A DNA stretch of 64,000 bases from Candidatus Woesearchaeota archaeon (GCA_041650315.1 JBAZLJ010000002.1:65599-129598); one strand, 5' to 3'. Positions 1 through 9,963 are shown, counted from the stretch's first letter. Program-made: numbers and translations. Notes: generated from the letters alone by a model not told the origin.

Positions 1-948
1 GAAATCAGTCCGCGTCAGCACGTTCTTCGTATGAGAGAATTCACACAAGCAGAAGGGCAATTGTTCATATTCCCTGATCAGAAGAATAGTTACGAACCTT
101 ATGAAAAAGTCAAGAAGACTAAACTTCCGCTATGGTCTTATAGTCTTTGGTCAACTAATAAACCGCTTGAAGAAATTAGTTTAGAAGAAGCTATGAAAAA
201 AGGTTATTTGAAGAATCAAGCTTATGCATGGTCTGTCTATATGGCTTACGAATTGTTCAGAAATATGGGTATACCTGCAGACAAAATCAGATTAAGGCAA
301 CACGATCCTGCTGAAAAAGCGTTCTATGCTGACGATGCATGGGATGTCGAAGTACAGCTTAATACATTCGGATGGTTTGAATGCTGCGGCGTCCATGACA
401 GGACAGATTATGATTTGAAACAGCATGAGAAGTTCTCTAAAGAGAAATTGCAGGCTCGCGATTTGAATAATAATGTACTTACTCCACATATATTGGAGAT
501 TGCTTTCGGTACAGATAGACCGACTTATGCTTTATTAGATATATTCTATGAATTCAAAGAGAAAGAGCAAGGTATGAGCAAGTTCTCAATACCTTACAGA
601 CTATCTCCTGTGAAAGCAGCTATATTCCCATTGATGAAGAAAGATGGAATGCCTGAGCTCGCAGAAGAGATATATGCTAAGTTGTCAAAATCATTTGTTT
701 GCAAGTATGACGAGTCCGGTTCAATTGGACGTAGATACTTACGTGAAGATGAATCAGGCACTGCATTCTGCTTGACTATCGATTATGATTCATTAAAGAA
801 TAAGGATGTCACTATACGTGACAGGGATTCTGCCAAGCAGGCTCGTGTCAAGATTAAAGATTTGACATCCACCATATCTGAATTACTTTCAGGAGATATG
901 AAATTCACAGATTTGAAACTTGTCGAGGTAAAGAAAGATGAAAACTGA
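1..948 (+). CDS. glyS: glycyl-tRNA synthetase, C-terminal part (gene starts upstream of window)
   Basis: Reading frame is open from nt 1. REFTQAEGQLF matches the class II GlyRS motif (REFTMAE in archaeal/eukaryotic GlyRS). C-terminal anticodon-binding domain pattern (GTAFCLTIDYD...TIRDRDS). Confidence 0.6.
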   Translation, partial: EISPRQHVLRMREFTQAEGQLFIFPDQKNSYEPYEKVKKTKLPLWSYSLWSTNKPLEEISLEEAMKKGYLKNQAYAWSVYMAYELFRNMGIPADKIRLRQHDPAEKAFYADDAWDVEVQLNTFGWFECCGVHDRTDYDLKQHEKFSKEKLQARDLNNNVLTPHILEIAFGTDRPTYALLDIFYEFKEKEQGMSKFSIPYRLSPVKAAIFPLMKKDGMPELAEEIYAKLSKSFVCKYDESGSIGRRYLREDESGTAFCLTIDYDSLKNKDVTIRDRDSAKQARVKIKDLTSTISELLSGDMKFTDLKLVEVKKDEN

Positions 949-2218
949 ACGTGTCTTCACTAAGAATGTCGGACAGCATATTGGCAAAAGCATCACTGTA
1001 ACTGGTTTCGCGCAAGAAGTACGCGACCTGAAGAATATCAAGTTCATCGTTCTTAGAGATGTCACTGGTTTTGTTCAGACAATTGCGTTAAAGAAAGTGA
1101 CTGAACCTGCATCATTTGAAGCTATTCCTAAGATTACTGCTGAAAGCGTAGTCTCTCTTACTGGAGATGTTGTCGCTAACAAAGAAGCGAAGCAAGGCTA
1201 TGAGATACAGATCAAAACTGTTGAAGTGCTGAACACTGCTGAGCCATTGCCGATGGACATATCTGATAAAACTAATACTTCTTTTGATACTCGCTTGGAT
1301 AATAGATTCTTGGATTTCCATAAACCTAAGATCCAGGCTATTTTCAAGATACAGAATGAAGTCACAAATGCTTTCCGCGAGCATTGGTATAACAAAGGGT
1401 ACTTGGAAATGCAACCGCCATGTGTTATATCAGCTGCATCCGAAGGAGGCACTGAACTTTTCGCTGTGCAATATTTCGAGAAGAAAGCTTATCTTGCTCA
1501 ATCTCCGCAATTGTACAAGCAGATGCTAGCATGTTCTATGGAAAAAACGTTCACAATCACACCAGTCTGGAGAGCTGAGAAGCATAACACCACTAGACAC
1601 ATCAACGAGATAAGGCAGATGGATATTGAAGTTGCTTTTGTTGATCAGATGGGCGTAATGAAACTGCATGAAGAATGCGTTATCCATATGGTCCAAAAAG
1701 TCAAAGAGAAATGTGCTGCTGAACTTGAATTGCTTGGCGTCAAATTACATGTTCCTAAAGGCGTTTATTTATCCTATGAAGAAGCTAAAGAAGCTGTTAA
1801 GGGTAAAGTTGGTGAAGATTTCTCACCTGAAGAAGAGAAGATGCTGTGCGACATGCATCCAGGCGATATCGTTTATACTCATTCATGGCCTGCTTCATTG
1901 AAGCCGTTCTATATCATGCCGAAAGATGCTAAAGCTGATTCTCAAGTGAGCGAAGGCTTTGACGCATTGTATGGCGGTCTTGAGATAACTTCCGGCGGGC
2001 AAAGGATACACTTACCTGAATTGCTCATTGAAAGGATTAAGCACAAAGGATTACATCCTGAGAATTTCAAATCTTATATTGACTCATTTAGATACGGCGC
2101 ACCGCCTCACAGCGGTTGGTCCATTGGTCTAGAGAGGTTTACACAAATCCTTTGCGGTTTGGATAACGTCAAAGAAGCGACCATGTTCCCAAGGGATAGG
2201 GACAGGCTAACGCCTTAG
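938..2218 (+). CDS. aspS: class IIb aspartyl(/asparaginyl)-tRNA synthetase, archaeal type
   Basis: N-terminal OB fold, QSPQLYKQ, motif 2 FRAE and motif 3 GLERF. 426 aa fits archaeal AspRS. Start overlaps the glyS stop. Confidence 0.65.
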   Translation: MKTERVFTKNVGQHIGKSITVTGFAQEVRDLKNIKFIVLRDVTGFVQTIALKKVTEPASFEAIPKITAESVVSLTGDVVANKEAKQGYEIQIKTVEVLNTAEPLPMDISDKTNTSFDTRLDNRFLDFHKPKIQAIFKIQNEVTNAFREHWYNKGYLEMQPPCVISAASEGGTELFAVQYFEKKAYLAQSPQLYKQMLACSMEKTFTITPVWRAEKHNTTRHINEIRQMDIEVAFVDQMGVMKLHEECVIHMVQKVKEKCAAELELLGVKLHVPKGVYLSYEEAKEAVKGKVGEDFSPEEEKMLCDMHPGDIVYTHSWPASLKPFYIMPKDAKADSQVSEGFDALYGGLEITSGGQRIHLPELLIERIKHKGLHPENFKSYIDSFRYGAPPHSGWSIGLERFTQILCGLDNVKEATMFPRDRDRLTP

Positions 2219-2265
2219 ATTTGACCGAAAGCCTTTTAAAAAGACTATTTGTCCATATTGATGTT

Positions 2266-2283
2266 CATATAATGGGGATGTAG
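2266..2283 (+). repeat. upstream duplicate of the tRNA-Phe promoter plus first 12-20 nt of the tRNA (catataatggggatgtag...caatc); second copy at 2388-2405
   Basis: 18-bp exact direct repeat, extending to about 24 bp with two mismatches, read directly from the sequence. Confidence 0.5.
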
Positions 2284-2395
2284 ACCAATCAACCGGTTAC
2301 GCTCGGTTGACGCGCAACTGCTATATTCGTCAGTACTGCTGACTCAATAGCAACCGATGAAAGCATGATTCCAGAAGCGTGCTTTGACATATAAT

Positions 2396-2469
2396 GGGGA
2401 TGTAGCTCAATCTGGGAGAGCACCACGCTGAAGCCGTGGTTGTCCAGGGTTCAAATCCCTGCATTCCCA
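2396..2469 (+). tRNA. tRNA-Phe (anticodon GAA)
   Basis: Hand-folded cloverleaf: acceptor GGGGATG/CATTCCC, D-stem GCTC/GAGC, anticodon stem CCACG/CGTGG with loop CTGAAGC, T-arm CAGGG-TTCAAAT-CCCTG, discriminator A, no encoded CCA. Confidence 0.75.
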
Positions 2470-2546
2470 TTCGATTTTTCTATTCTTATGATTACCGAGA
2501 ATCTAAGACAATAATAAATTTAAATAGAACTTTCCTTTCGTTAAAA

Positions 2547-4100
2547 ATGCATCTAGAAAATACTGACTTAGATATTATATTTGAAGACATTAATAATGGC
2601 AAATTAGATGTGTTCATTTCCGCATTACAAAAATATTTTGGAGTGGTAAAACCAAAAATAAAATTTAAAATCTTTGTTAAGAAATTACAAAATGATAAAC
2701 ATAAAGATTCTTTAGAGTATAACAAGACATGTAACGAAGTTATTTCGTTTGCTAAAGAAGTTTATACGAGATATAATACTCCCGCAAATCTTCAATTAAA
2801 AGAAATATTTGAAAAAATGAATTCTAATTTAATGGGTCGATTACACACATACCCCCCAGAATATAGATATGATTTGTTGTTAGAAAATATTCTCGATTGT
2901 CTAAATGGTAAAATCATAAATAAAAAAGATAAAGAAACATACGAAAAATTGTATGATCAATATTTTAAGCGATATAATGACTATAACTCTAAGAAAAAAG
3001 ACGCATTGTGGCATAAACTAGATGAAATAAATCATTATCTTGTAACATATACTTATCGAACAGATGGAATCAAAAACCAAAAAGATCAATTTTTACCTTA
3101 TTTGATACAATTTCATAAAGCGTATATGGAATTTAAAACAAGTTATGGGGAGGAGTTTAACGAAAAAAAGAATGAATTTTTAAATAGCCTAAAAAAAGAG
3201 GGGGGATTAAAGTCGCTCTTAAAAATTAATTCTATATATAATGATGAATTATGGTTATTAAACATAATATTATACTCTATATTTGCCATATTTTTAATTT
3301 TAATGGCAGTTTATTCAAGTAAACAAGATATAGGCCGAAGTTTAGAACTTTTAGGCATTACTTCTAAATTAAATTTAGATTATTACATGGGTAGTGCAAT
3401 AATTTGGATAACGATTATTTGTGTACTATTGTTTATTAAATACTGTATTACTAAATTAAAAGATTATGAATCTTTAAATTATATTAACAAACATTTTCTT
3501 AATCGGTTTCTAAATGGATATTTTTTATTATCAACAAGTCTAATCTTATTATTTGTCGCGATGGGATTAAATTTGTTAACATTTCAGTATGGTTCAAGCT
3601 TTCCTAAGCCATTGGATTTTAAAAATGCGGCTGGATACCCAAACTTTATTGAGGACAATATTGATGAAATAACTGGAGTATGTAACGGAAGAGATGATGA
3701 GAGATTTTTTATAAAGGATAAAGAAGCAATTTGTAATATAACTTTAAAAATTAAAAAGGAGAGTAATTTTAAATTTAATTATATGAATAAATGTATTTGG
3801 GATAACAAAAACAATATATGTAAACCCGCAAACGAATATAATTATTTAACTAATTATTATCTTGAAATCAATCCTACTGAAGAAGGTGAATTTGAATTTA
3901 AAGTAGAAATTTATGGGCAAAATAATTCTAATACTCTTATAAATCCGATTAATGCTAAATTTAAAGATAAAGTAAGAACTATTGAGGAAATCCAGAAATT
4001 GGAAAATGAAAAAATAACATTATTCTTTGCGATTATTTCTTTAGGAGTATTTTCTATTTTATCGGGTGTACAAAATATAAAGGAATTAACAAAAGAATGA
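2547..4100 (+). CDS. hypothetical Asn/Lys-rich membrane protein (about 4 TM helices); very AT-rich gene immediately downstream of tRNA-Phe
   Basis: Long ORF. The listed ORF start at 2436 lies inside the tRNA, so the first plausible ATG at 2547 is used. No recognisable catalytic motif. Confidence 0.4.
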   Translation: MHLENTDLDIIFEDINNGKLDVFISALQKYFGVVKPKIKFKIFVKKLQNDKHKDSLEYNKTCNEVISFAKEVYTRYNTPANLQLKEIFEKMNSNLMGRLHTYPPEYRYDLLLENILDCLNGKIINKKDKETYEKLYDQYFKRYNDYNSKKKDALWHKLDEINHYLVTYTYRTDGIKNQKDQFLPYLIQFHKAYMEFKTSYGEEFNEKKNEFLNSLKKEGGLKSLLKINSIYNDELWLLNIILYSIFAIFLILMAVYSSKQDIGRSLELLGITSKLNLDYYMGSAIIWITIICVLLFIKYCITKLKDYESLNYINKHFLNRFLNGYFLLSTSLILLFVAMGLNLLTFQYGSSFPKPLDFKNAAGYPNFIEDNIDEITGVCNGRDDERFFIKDKEAICNITLKIKKESNFKFNYMNKCIWDNKNNICKPANEYNYLTNYYLEINPTEEGEFEFKVEIYGQNNSNTLINPINAKFKDKVRTIEEIQKLENEKITLFFAIISLGVFSILSGVQNIKELTKE

Positions 4101-4114
4101 ATTAGCTTTTGTTT

Positions 4115-6352
4115 TTAAACAGCAATTCCGCTGAGTATAGAAGAAGCAATAAAGTTGAACACTAGAATGACAGTGAATGCTAGACCTACATACAATATAG
4201 TACCACGAATGAGATTCAAGCCGAGATTGTAACGTTCTGCCAATGGGTCTGCACCATTCTCTATGGAGTTGACAATGACAGTGAGTATGTATATGATCTG
4301 AACAACATACAATCCAACGATGATCTGGAAATAATAAGTCGGCATGCCTTCGCCAAGCATATTCGTCAAAGAACCTATCCCACCAAGACCTTCTGCGCCA
4401 CCTGAACCGCCTGCGCCTTTAGATACAGTATTCATCAATACAGTGAGCTTGCCCAGAATTGTGGTGACCATAGAAGTTATGCCTATGACTATGCCGGCAA
4501 TGACCGGCGCCATGAATTTAATCTGCGAATTCATTGAAGAAACTATTTCCGCCATCAGGTCTTTCAATCTTTCATCAACCTTGTGGATCTCTTTCAGATA
4601 TTCTGAAATATTTATCAAAGTCTGAGCTGCAATCTTAGGGCCTTTCTTTGTCGCCTGAGTAAGTACTTTCATGGATGATCTGATTATGCTCGAAGGGAAC
4701 TGGGCCAATGCGCCTCTCTTAGGATCGAATATCGCTTGCTCAACGCTCATACCCATCCTAGTAACATTGTCCGAAACTATTGACATGAATTTGCCTGAAA
4801 GAGTATCACGCATAGATTGAGCCACTTTACCGAAAGCTATCTCTGTAGGCAATCCGTCACCTAACCTGTTTCCTAGCTGGAACAATGCAGAAGCGAATTC
4901 TTTCTCGAGCGCTTTGCTCTTCTCTCTTATCTCAATGACATTCTGCGATCTGAATTTGTAATATAGACCAATTCCTATACCGAATGCAAGGACCATGCCC
5001 AGACTCAATATGCCTGCGCCAATACCATATGGCCCGAATGAAAGTCCTACTAATGGACCAGTTGTCGCTGAACTTACCCTGTATTCCAATAAGCAGAATG
5101 TTGAACCGCAAGGGCTTGTCGTATCTTCGCCCATGAAACCTATATCTGGGAAACCAAATAGATGGAATATCAATGGACTCAGACCAACCATAAACAGGCC
5201 AATGCCGATTATCATTGAAAGATATAATGGATTTATTGCTATTTCGATACTGCCTAACCTCAGCAGAATATTGGTGTATTTTTTGAGTTCCGGATTGGTC
5301 TCAGATATATCCATGTCTCCGTAACCAGTCGGTCTTGAAGCGAGTATTGATTTGCCGAGATAATAAACACCGACAGGAAGCGCGAAATTGTATAATGCCG
5401 CAATATACATAGCGAGAGTGGTAGGGCCGGTGGTGCCGGAAGTCATGAAGCTGACGATGAGCGGCAGGATGACAAGCCCGAGAATAGGTAGAATCACGCC
5501 GAGCATGTGGAGCATCGTGATAGGCGACTGGAGGCTATGCGCGAAATGAAGCATTTTTTCGTAAGTCCCTTCGAGGATAACTTCCAGTGATTTATCCAGA
5601 AGAGCTAATCTTCTCTGCTCAGTGGTCTCATACAACGAACCTTCGATAAGATGCATGCTCTCTATGAATTCCATGTTCCATTTGCGCCATGATTCGAGAT
5701 ATGCGTCAAGCGATTCTTTCAGTGAAGGGTATTTGCCAGTCTCGACATTCCATAGCATTCTCTTGAAATCCAATGACAACGGCTTGCTAAGATAATCTGA
5801 TGCGAATTTTATAGCACCTTCAAGATTCGAGGTATGCCTCATATAAGTAACGACATAGAAAACTGAAATTACCATTTGGTTGCTTGCCTTGATACGCCAA
5901 TCATTAGCTATATAGTTCGGAAGCTGAGTGAGTATGTACATTAATATCAGTCCGAACAAAATGAAGAATGCTGTGAAAAACAAACTAGGAGTTGGAAGGA
6001 AAAGTAATGTGAATAGGTAACCGAAAATCGAGCCCAGTAGCATCAGCGCAACTGGTCCGACTACTGCGAAACTCATCACGCCTGTAGGTGTTATGTTGAG
6101 ATGCGCAACCTCAATGCTGTCCTGTATCTTAGCGAGATCTTCTTTGCTAGGCGGAGCTATCCTAATAACTGTTTCTGAGAAGTTGCAAGCTTTCTCATAG
6201 AATGTAAGACTCTTTGGCATGAGCTCAGACTTAAACTGCAGATATTCTGTGGATTCCAGACCTTGATCAATCCCTGTACCTGGTCCAATCTCAGAGCTAA
6301 TCCTTTGCTGATATTTCCTCATCAGCTCCTTCATCTGCTCAGAGCTAGCCAT
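4115..6352 (-). CDS. FlaJ/TadC-like type IV pilus/archaellum platform membrane protein
   Basis: 745-aa polytopic membrane protein with a central soluble domain, in an operon with a FlaI-like ATPase. Confidence 0.5.
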   Translation of the reverse strand: MASSEQMKELMRKYQQRISSEIGPGTGIDQGLESTEYLQFKSELMPKSLTFYEKACNFSETVIRIAPPSKEDLAKIQDSIEVAHLNITPTGVMSFAVVGPVALMLLGSIFGYLFTLLFLPTPSLFFTAFFILFGLILMYILTQLPNYIANDWRIKASNQMVISVFYVVTYMRHTSNLEGAIKFASDYLSKPLSLDFKRMLWNVETGKYPSLKESLDAYLESWRKWNMEFIESMHLIEGSLYETTEQRRLALLDKSLEVILEGTYEKMLHFAHSLQSPITMLHMLGVILPILGLVILPLIVSFMTSGTTGPTTLAMYIAALYNFALPVGVYYLGKSILASRPTGYGDMDISETNPELKKYTNILLRLGSIEIAINPLYLSMIIGIGLFMVGLSPLIFHLFGFPDIGFMGEDTTSPCGSTFCLLEYRVSSATTGPLVGLSFGPYGIGAGILSLGMVLAFGIGIGLYYKFRSQNVIEIREKSKALEKEFASALFQLGNRLGDGLPTEIAFGKVAQSMRDTLSGKFMSIVSDNVTRMGMSVEQAIFDPKRGALAQFPSSIIRSSMKVLTQATKKGPKIAAQTLINISEYLKEIHKVDERLKDLMAEIVSSMNSQIKFMAPVIAGIVIGITSMVTTILGKLTVLMNTVSKGAGGSGGAEGLGGIGSLTNMLGEGMPTYYFQIIVGLYVVQIIYILTVIVNSIENGADPLAERYNLGLNLIRGTILYVGLAFTVILVFNFIASSILSGIAV

Positions 6353-6456
6353 CTATTTCCTCTTTTTTGCGTTTTATGTATTATAGATATATCTATCTAT
6401 ATAGAATATCATATATTTTATTTATATAAAGGTTTGGGTAAAGTTTGACTAGATGA

Positions 6457-6927
6457 TTATTTCAAGCGTTTGACGAAATCAGCTACTTTCTTGTGATAAT
6501 CTCCCTTCATATCCTTCGCATTCAATGTCAATGTCGCTAATGGTCTTCTGCCTATCAACTCAGCCATACCTTTGAAAGCTTTCTTATCTCCAGAACCGCC
6601 CATTGTACAAAAGAATGCAACATTCTTGAACGTACCTTTATTACCAATGATATATGTCCTTATCGCAGGGCTCATGCCTGCCCAGATTGGTGTTCCGATT
6701 ACTACAAGGCCATATTTCTGAGGCAGTTTTTTGTCTACCTTAATTGGTGTGAGTCTCTTGAGAACTGCGTCGCGTCCGCCTAGAATATAACCGATAATTC
6801 CTTTCCTGTTCCTTAAATCGTGAACTTCTTGGATATCTGCTTTCATATCTTTAGCAATAATCCCTGCGACCTTCTTAGTAATCCCTGTTCTAGAATAGTA
6901 TACAACTAAAGTCTTCATATTAATCAC
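6457..6927 (-). CDS. flavodoxin-like / NADPH-dependent FMN reductase-like protein
   Basis: MKTLVVYYSRTG N-terminus and a roughly 150-aa flavodoxin fold pattern. Confidence 0.55.
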   Translation of the reverse strand: MINMKTLVVYYSRTGITKKVAGIIAKDMKADIQEVHDLRNRKGIIGYILGGRDAVLKRLTPIKVDKKLPQKYGLVVIGTPIWAGMSPAIRTYIIGNKGTFKNVAFFCTMGGSGDKKAFKGMAELIGRRPLATLTLNAKDMKGDYHKKVADFVKRLK

Positions 6928-9212
6928 TTCTCCCCTCTTTTCTTCATTTCACGCTTGAGCCAGTCAAACCATTGGAAATAAATGCGTTCAGTATCAATTA
7001 TGCCTGTTTCTTCCTGGACCTCTGCCATGATATTGTGGAACATGTCGTTTGATTCTATAACGAAATGCGCTTCAAGCATCTTAGGATCCTTTAATTTCTC
7101 AGCGAATTCAACCAGAGTCTGCTTGATCTTCGCCCTTAGCATGATATTGTCCCAAACAGCGTCCCAATTCCCAGCCATGCCTTTGATATTGCCTGCGACT
7201 GCTTTCAGTATCTCGGAATCGCCATTGATCAAATCTTGAGTTGGTTGAAGTTGGTCAGTCTCGACATCGTATTTCATCAAATCGACGAAACCGCCTTCGA
7301 GCATAGGATCGTTTTCCCAATACTTCCTTACTTCTGTTATTTGCGTTACACGTCTGACACGTTTTGTGCCAGATGCAGTCTTGATCGGATTGCAGACAAC
7401 AATCAAATCAGTCGCTTTGAATGAAGTTTTTGGAACGCCAATGTCATTGACAACTCTGTCGAAAACGCCGTAAGGAGATTCTGCGTGGATCGTGCCTGCG
7501 ACAACATTAGCTGCAGCGCCGACCCTCATAGCTTCGTATAATGAAATCGCTTCCTGGCTCCTGACTTCGCCGATGAACAATGCGGAATCGCCAAGCCTTA
7601 ATGTAGACCTTATGCCGTCTGTCGCAGAGACTTCTGAACCGCCTTCTTTCGCCAACGCACCTGCGACTTTCATCTGCTGAAGGTTGTAGCCTTCGGCAAT
7701 CAATTGTTTGCCGGGCAATTCTAATGTATCTTCTATTGTGATTATCCTGTAACGTCGCATTATCTCTACTAACAATGAGCCAAGGAATGAAGTCTTACCT
7801 GATGACCTTGTTCCGCATACGAGCATTGTCCTTGTTCCGTCCACAAGGAAGCTCAATAACCCTGCAGCCAGCGGATTTATCATCTTCGCTTTCATGAAAA
7901 GCGGTAATGTCCATGGCTCGTCCCTATGACGCCTGAATGAGAAAGCCATTCCTGTAGGATCCAAAGGTCTTGTTATAACTGAAACCCTGGCTGAAGCGAC
8001 TGGAAGATTTATCTCGGTATCCAATATAGAATTTGCCTCATCCAATGGCCTTCCAGACATCATCCTGAGCTTAGTCGCCCATGACTCGGATTCTGTGGTT
8101 GTCGGATAGATGTTGGTATAGCAATCACCGAAGTCTTGATGCACAATAAAAATAGGGGTCTTGCCCATCGGGCTGTTGACTGAAATGTCTTGGACTTTAT
8201 CATCAGCCAGAAGCACTTCTATCAGACCGAAACCGACTGTGTATCTCACTAAGATTTCCACAATCTCAGTTATGTCTTGCTGACTAAAGCCGTAGTTTCT
8301 TGAGTTAGACAATTCTTCGACTAAATCTTTGCCTACTTTATGGAATACCTCACGCATACGTTCTGGATTGACGAATTCTTCTTTCGCCGGTTTATGCTCA
8401 GCCATGATGTTCCTGGCTAAGTCTAAGATCTCATACTTTTCTTCTGATAATTTGAATTCAGGCGGGAATATGTGATAAAGATTCTTGACAGAATCAGGGA
8501 ATTTGAAAATAGTTATCTCGTTTTCTCCGACTGCATATCCGTCAACTTCCTCACCATTAGGAGGATAGGCTGCCAGCAATTTCGTGTACATGAAATCAGG
8601 TTTTGTAGTCGCTGAAAATAGCTGTTTGTAGATGTTCCTGTCGCCAGGCACTGCGCCGGCAAGATACGGCTTGAGCGCTTGTATCAATTTTGTGGATTCT
8701 AATGCGTCAGCAATATAATCAACGAGCCTCAAGAATCTTGAAAGGAAGTCTTGCAGTTTAGGGTCAGGTATGGCTGAGATTTTTGAACGTTCTGATCTAG
8801 ACAATCTTCTCAGCTCTATATATGCACCAGCGGGATCAGACTTGAACATGCGGTAGAATACTTGTTCGAATTTCGCAAACGGCTGCGACAACGCTTTGCC
8901 TAGTATAGGGTCAGTGACCATCGTATGGAACAACTGGAGATAACGTTCCTTGACTATCTTCTTGTAAAGCTCTGCTACTTCTACCAATAATTGAGTCTGA
9001 GAATAATCGTATTCATAATCACGGTTCTGGACAAAAATAATCTTAGAAACCGAGCCGGTCTCGATGAGTCTATCAATGGCGCCTGACATGCAGTTAGGGT
9101 CATCTTCAAGCGAAGGAACGTTTATATTAGAACCATAATCTATCCTAAGTACTGATTCCTCACCCTCTTTCAACACTTCGTAACCTGGAGCTTTTTCCTC
9201 TTCGTCCGGCAT
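6924..9212 (-). CDS. FlaI/GspE-family secretion ATPase (type IV pilus/archaellum assembly ATPase) with long N-terminal extension
   Basis: Walker A GTRSSGKTS, Asp box TIEDTLEL, His box region. 762 aa. Confidence 0.65.
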   Translation of the reverse strand: MPDEEEKAPGYEVLKEGEESVLRIDYGSNINVPSLEDDPNCMSGAIDRLIETGSVSKIIFVQNRDYEYDYSQTQLLVEVAELYKKIVKERYLQLFHTMVTDPILGKALSQPFAKFEQVFYRMFKSDPAGAYIELRRLSRSERSKISAIPDPKLQDFLSRFLRLVDYIADALESTKLIQALKPYLAGAVPGDRNIYKQLFSATTKPDFMYTKLLAAYPPNGEEVDGYAVGENEITIFKFPDSVKNLYHIFPPEFKLSEEKYEILDLARNIMAEHKPAKEEFVNPERMREVFHKVGKDLVEELSNSRNYGFSQQDITEIVEILVRYTVGFGLIEVLLADDKVQDISVNSPMGKTPIFIVHQDFGDCYTNIYPTTTESESWATKLRMMSGRPLDEANSILDTEINLPVASARVSVITRPLDPTGMAFSFRRHRDEPWTLPLFMKAKMINPLAAGLLSFLVDGTRTMLVCGTRSSGKTSFLGSLLVEIMRRYRIITIEDTLELPGKQLIAEGYNLQQMKVAGALAKEGGSEVSATDGIRSTLRLGDSALFIGEVRSQEAISLYEAMRVGAAANVVAGTIHAESPYGVFDRVVNDIGVPKTSFKATDLIVVCNPIKTASGTKRVRRVTQITEVRKYWENDPMLEGGFVDLMKYDVETDQLQPTQDLINGDSEILKAVAGNIKGMAGNWDAVWDNIMLRAKIKQTLVEFAEKLKDPKMLEAHFVIESNDMFHNIMAEVQEETGIIDTERIYFQWFDWLKREMKKRGEK

Positions 9213-9296
9213 CTAACACCTACCTTAAAGCAAAAACTTAAATATTTAAGATATCAATATACATTATATCTATATATATAAAATTTTGGATGTCAC

Positions 9297-9827
9297 ATGG
9301 CGGATATACTGGATAACCTGAAGAAAGCTATGCAACCTGCGAATGCTAGCGCGAATAATGCTGTTCCTGAAACTCCTAAGGAAGAAGCGGCAAGCAAAGA
9401 ACAAATTTCTGAATTCATTGAAAAGCTGAACAATCTTACTCGTGCAATCAGAACAATTGAAGAAAGGTATAACAACCTCAGAAGAAAGTCTCAGTTGACA
9501 GACCATAATATACTTGTTCAGCATCAAAGGCTCAATAAGGAACTTAGGCTGAACGATTCTGATCTCATTGATATCAAGAGAGGATTGCAGAAGATAAACG
9601 ATAAACTGAATATGCTCGAGAAAGAGCTGGATGTCTGCGCGAAGAAGAATGAACTTGACGTACTTGCCAAATATATCGGATATTGGAGGCCGATGGAATT
9701 TGTCACGCGCGGAGAGGCTGAAAAGATAATAAACGCAGCAATTCTAGAGAAAGGGCCTAGAAAAGAAGAGCCTGAAAAGAAGCCTCTTGTAAATAGGTTG
9801 AATAACGGCGAAAGAAGCGTATACTAA
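9297..9827 (+). CDS. hypothetical coiled-coil protein
   Basis: ORF with heptad-like charged repeats; no motif recognised. Confidence 0.35.
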   Translation: MADILDNLKKAMQPANASANNAVPETPKEEAASKEQISEFIEKLNNLTRAIRTIEERYNNLRRKSQLTDHNILVQHQRLNKELRLNDSDLIDIKRGLQKINDKLNMLEKELDVCAKKNELDVLAKYIGYWRPMEFVTRGEAEKIINAAILEKGPRKEEPEKKPLVNRLNNGERSVY

Positions 9828-9842
9828 TTTGTCGCCGGTTTG

Positions 9843-9963
9843 TTTTGCCGTTAGTTCGCATGCGCTTCTGATAGGTGATTGCTGGCCTTCCCTTGTAAAG
9901 GGTCCAACATCCCTTGCCGCATAAGTCCATTGAACTACATGATGCTCACAAAGGACGGCAAAA
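9843..9963. ncRNA. candidate structured ncRNA / repeat element, family A copy 1 (strand undetermined)
   Basis: Conserved core (gcgcttct..gtgattg.tggccttcccttgtaaagggtccaaca.cccttgcc ... acatgat..ctcac.aag) shared with 18392-18511 and 57424-57549. Closed by a 9-bp terminal stem ttttgccgt/acggcaaaa that differs from, but is paired like, the stems of the other copies. Confidence 0.4.

Noticed and set aside
2436-2546. N-terminal 37 codons of ORF 2436..4100
   Set aside because: They overlap tRNA-Phe (2396-2469), so the CDS start was moved to the ATG at 2547.
9843-9963. Family A elements as C/D-box or H/ACA sRNAs, SRP RNA or RNase P RNA
   Set aside because: No convincing box C/D or ACA arrangement was found, and the length of about 120 nt is too short for SRP or RNase P RNA. 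Left as an unclassified structured element.
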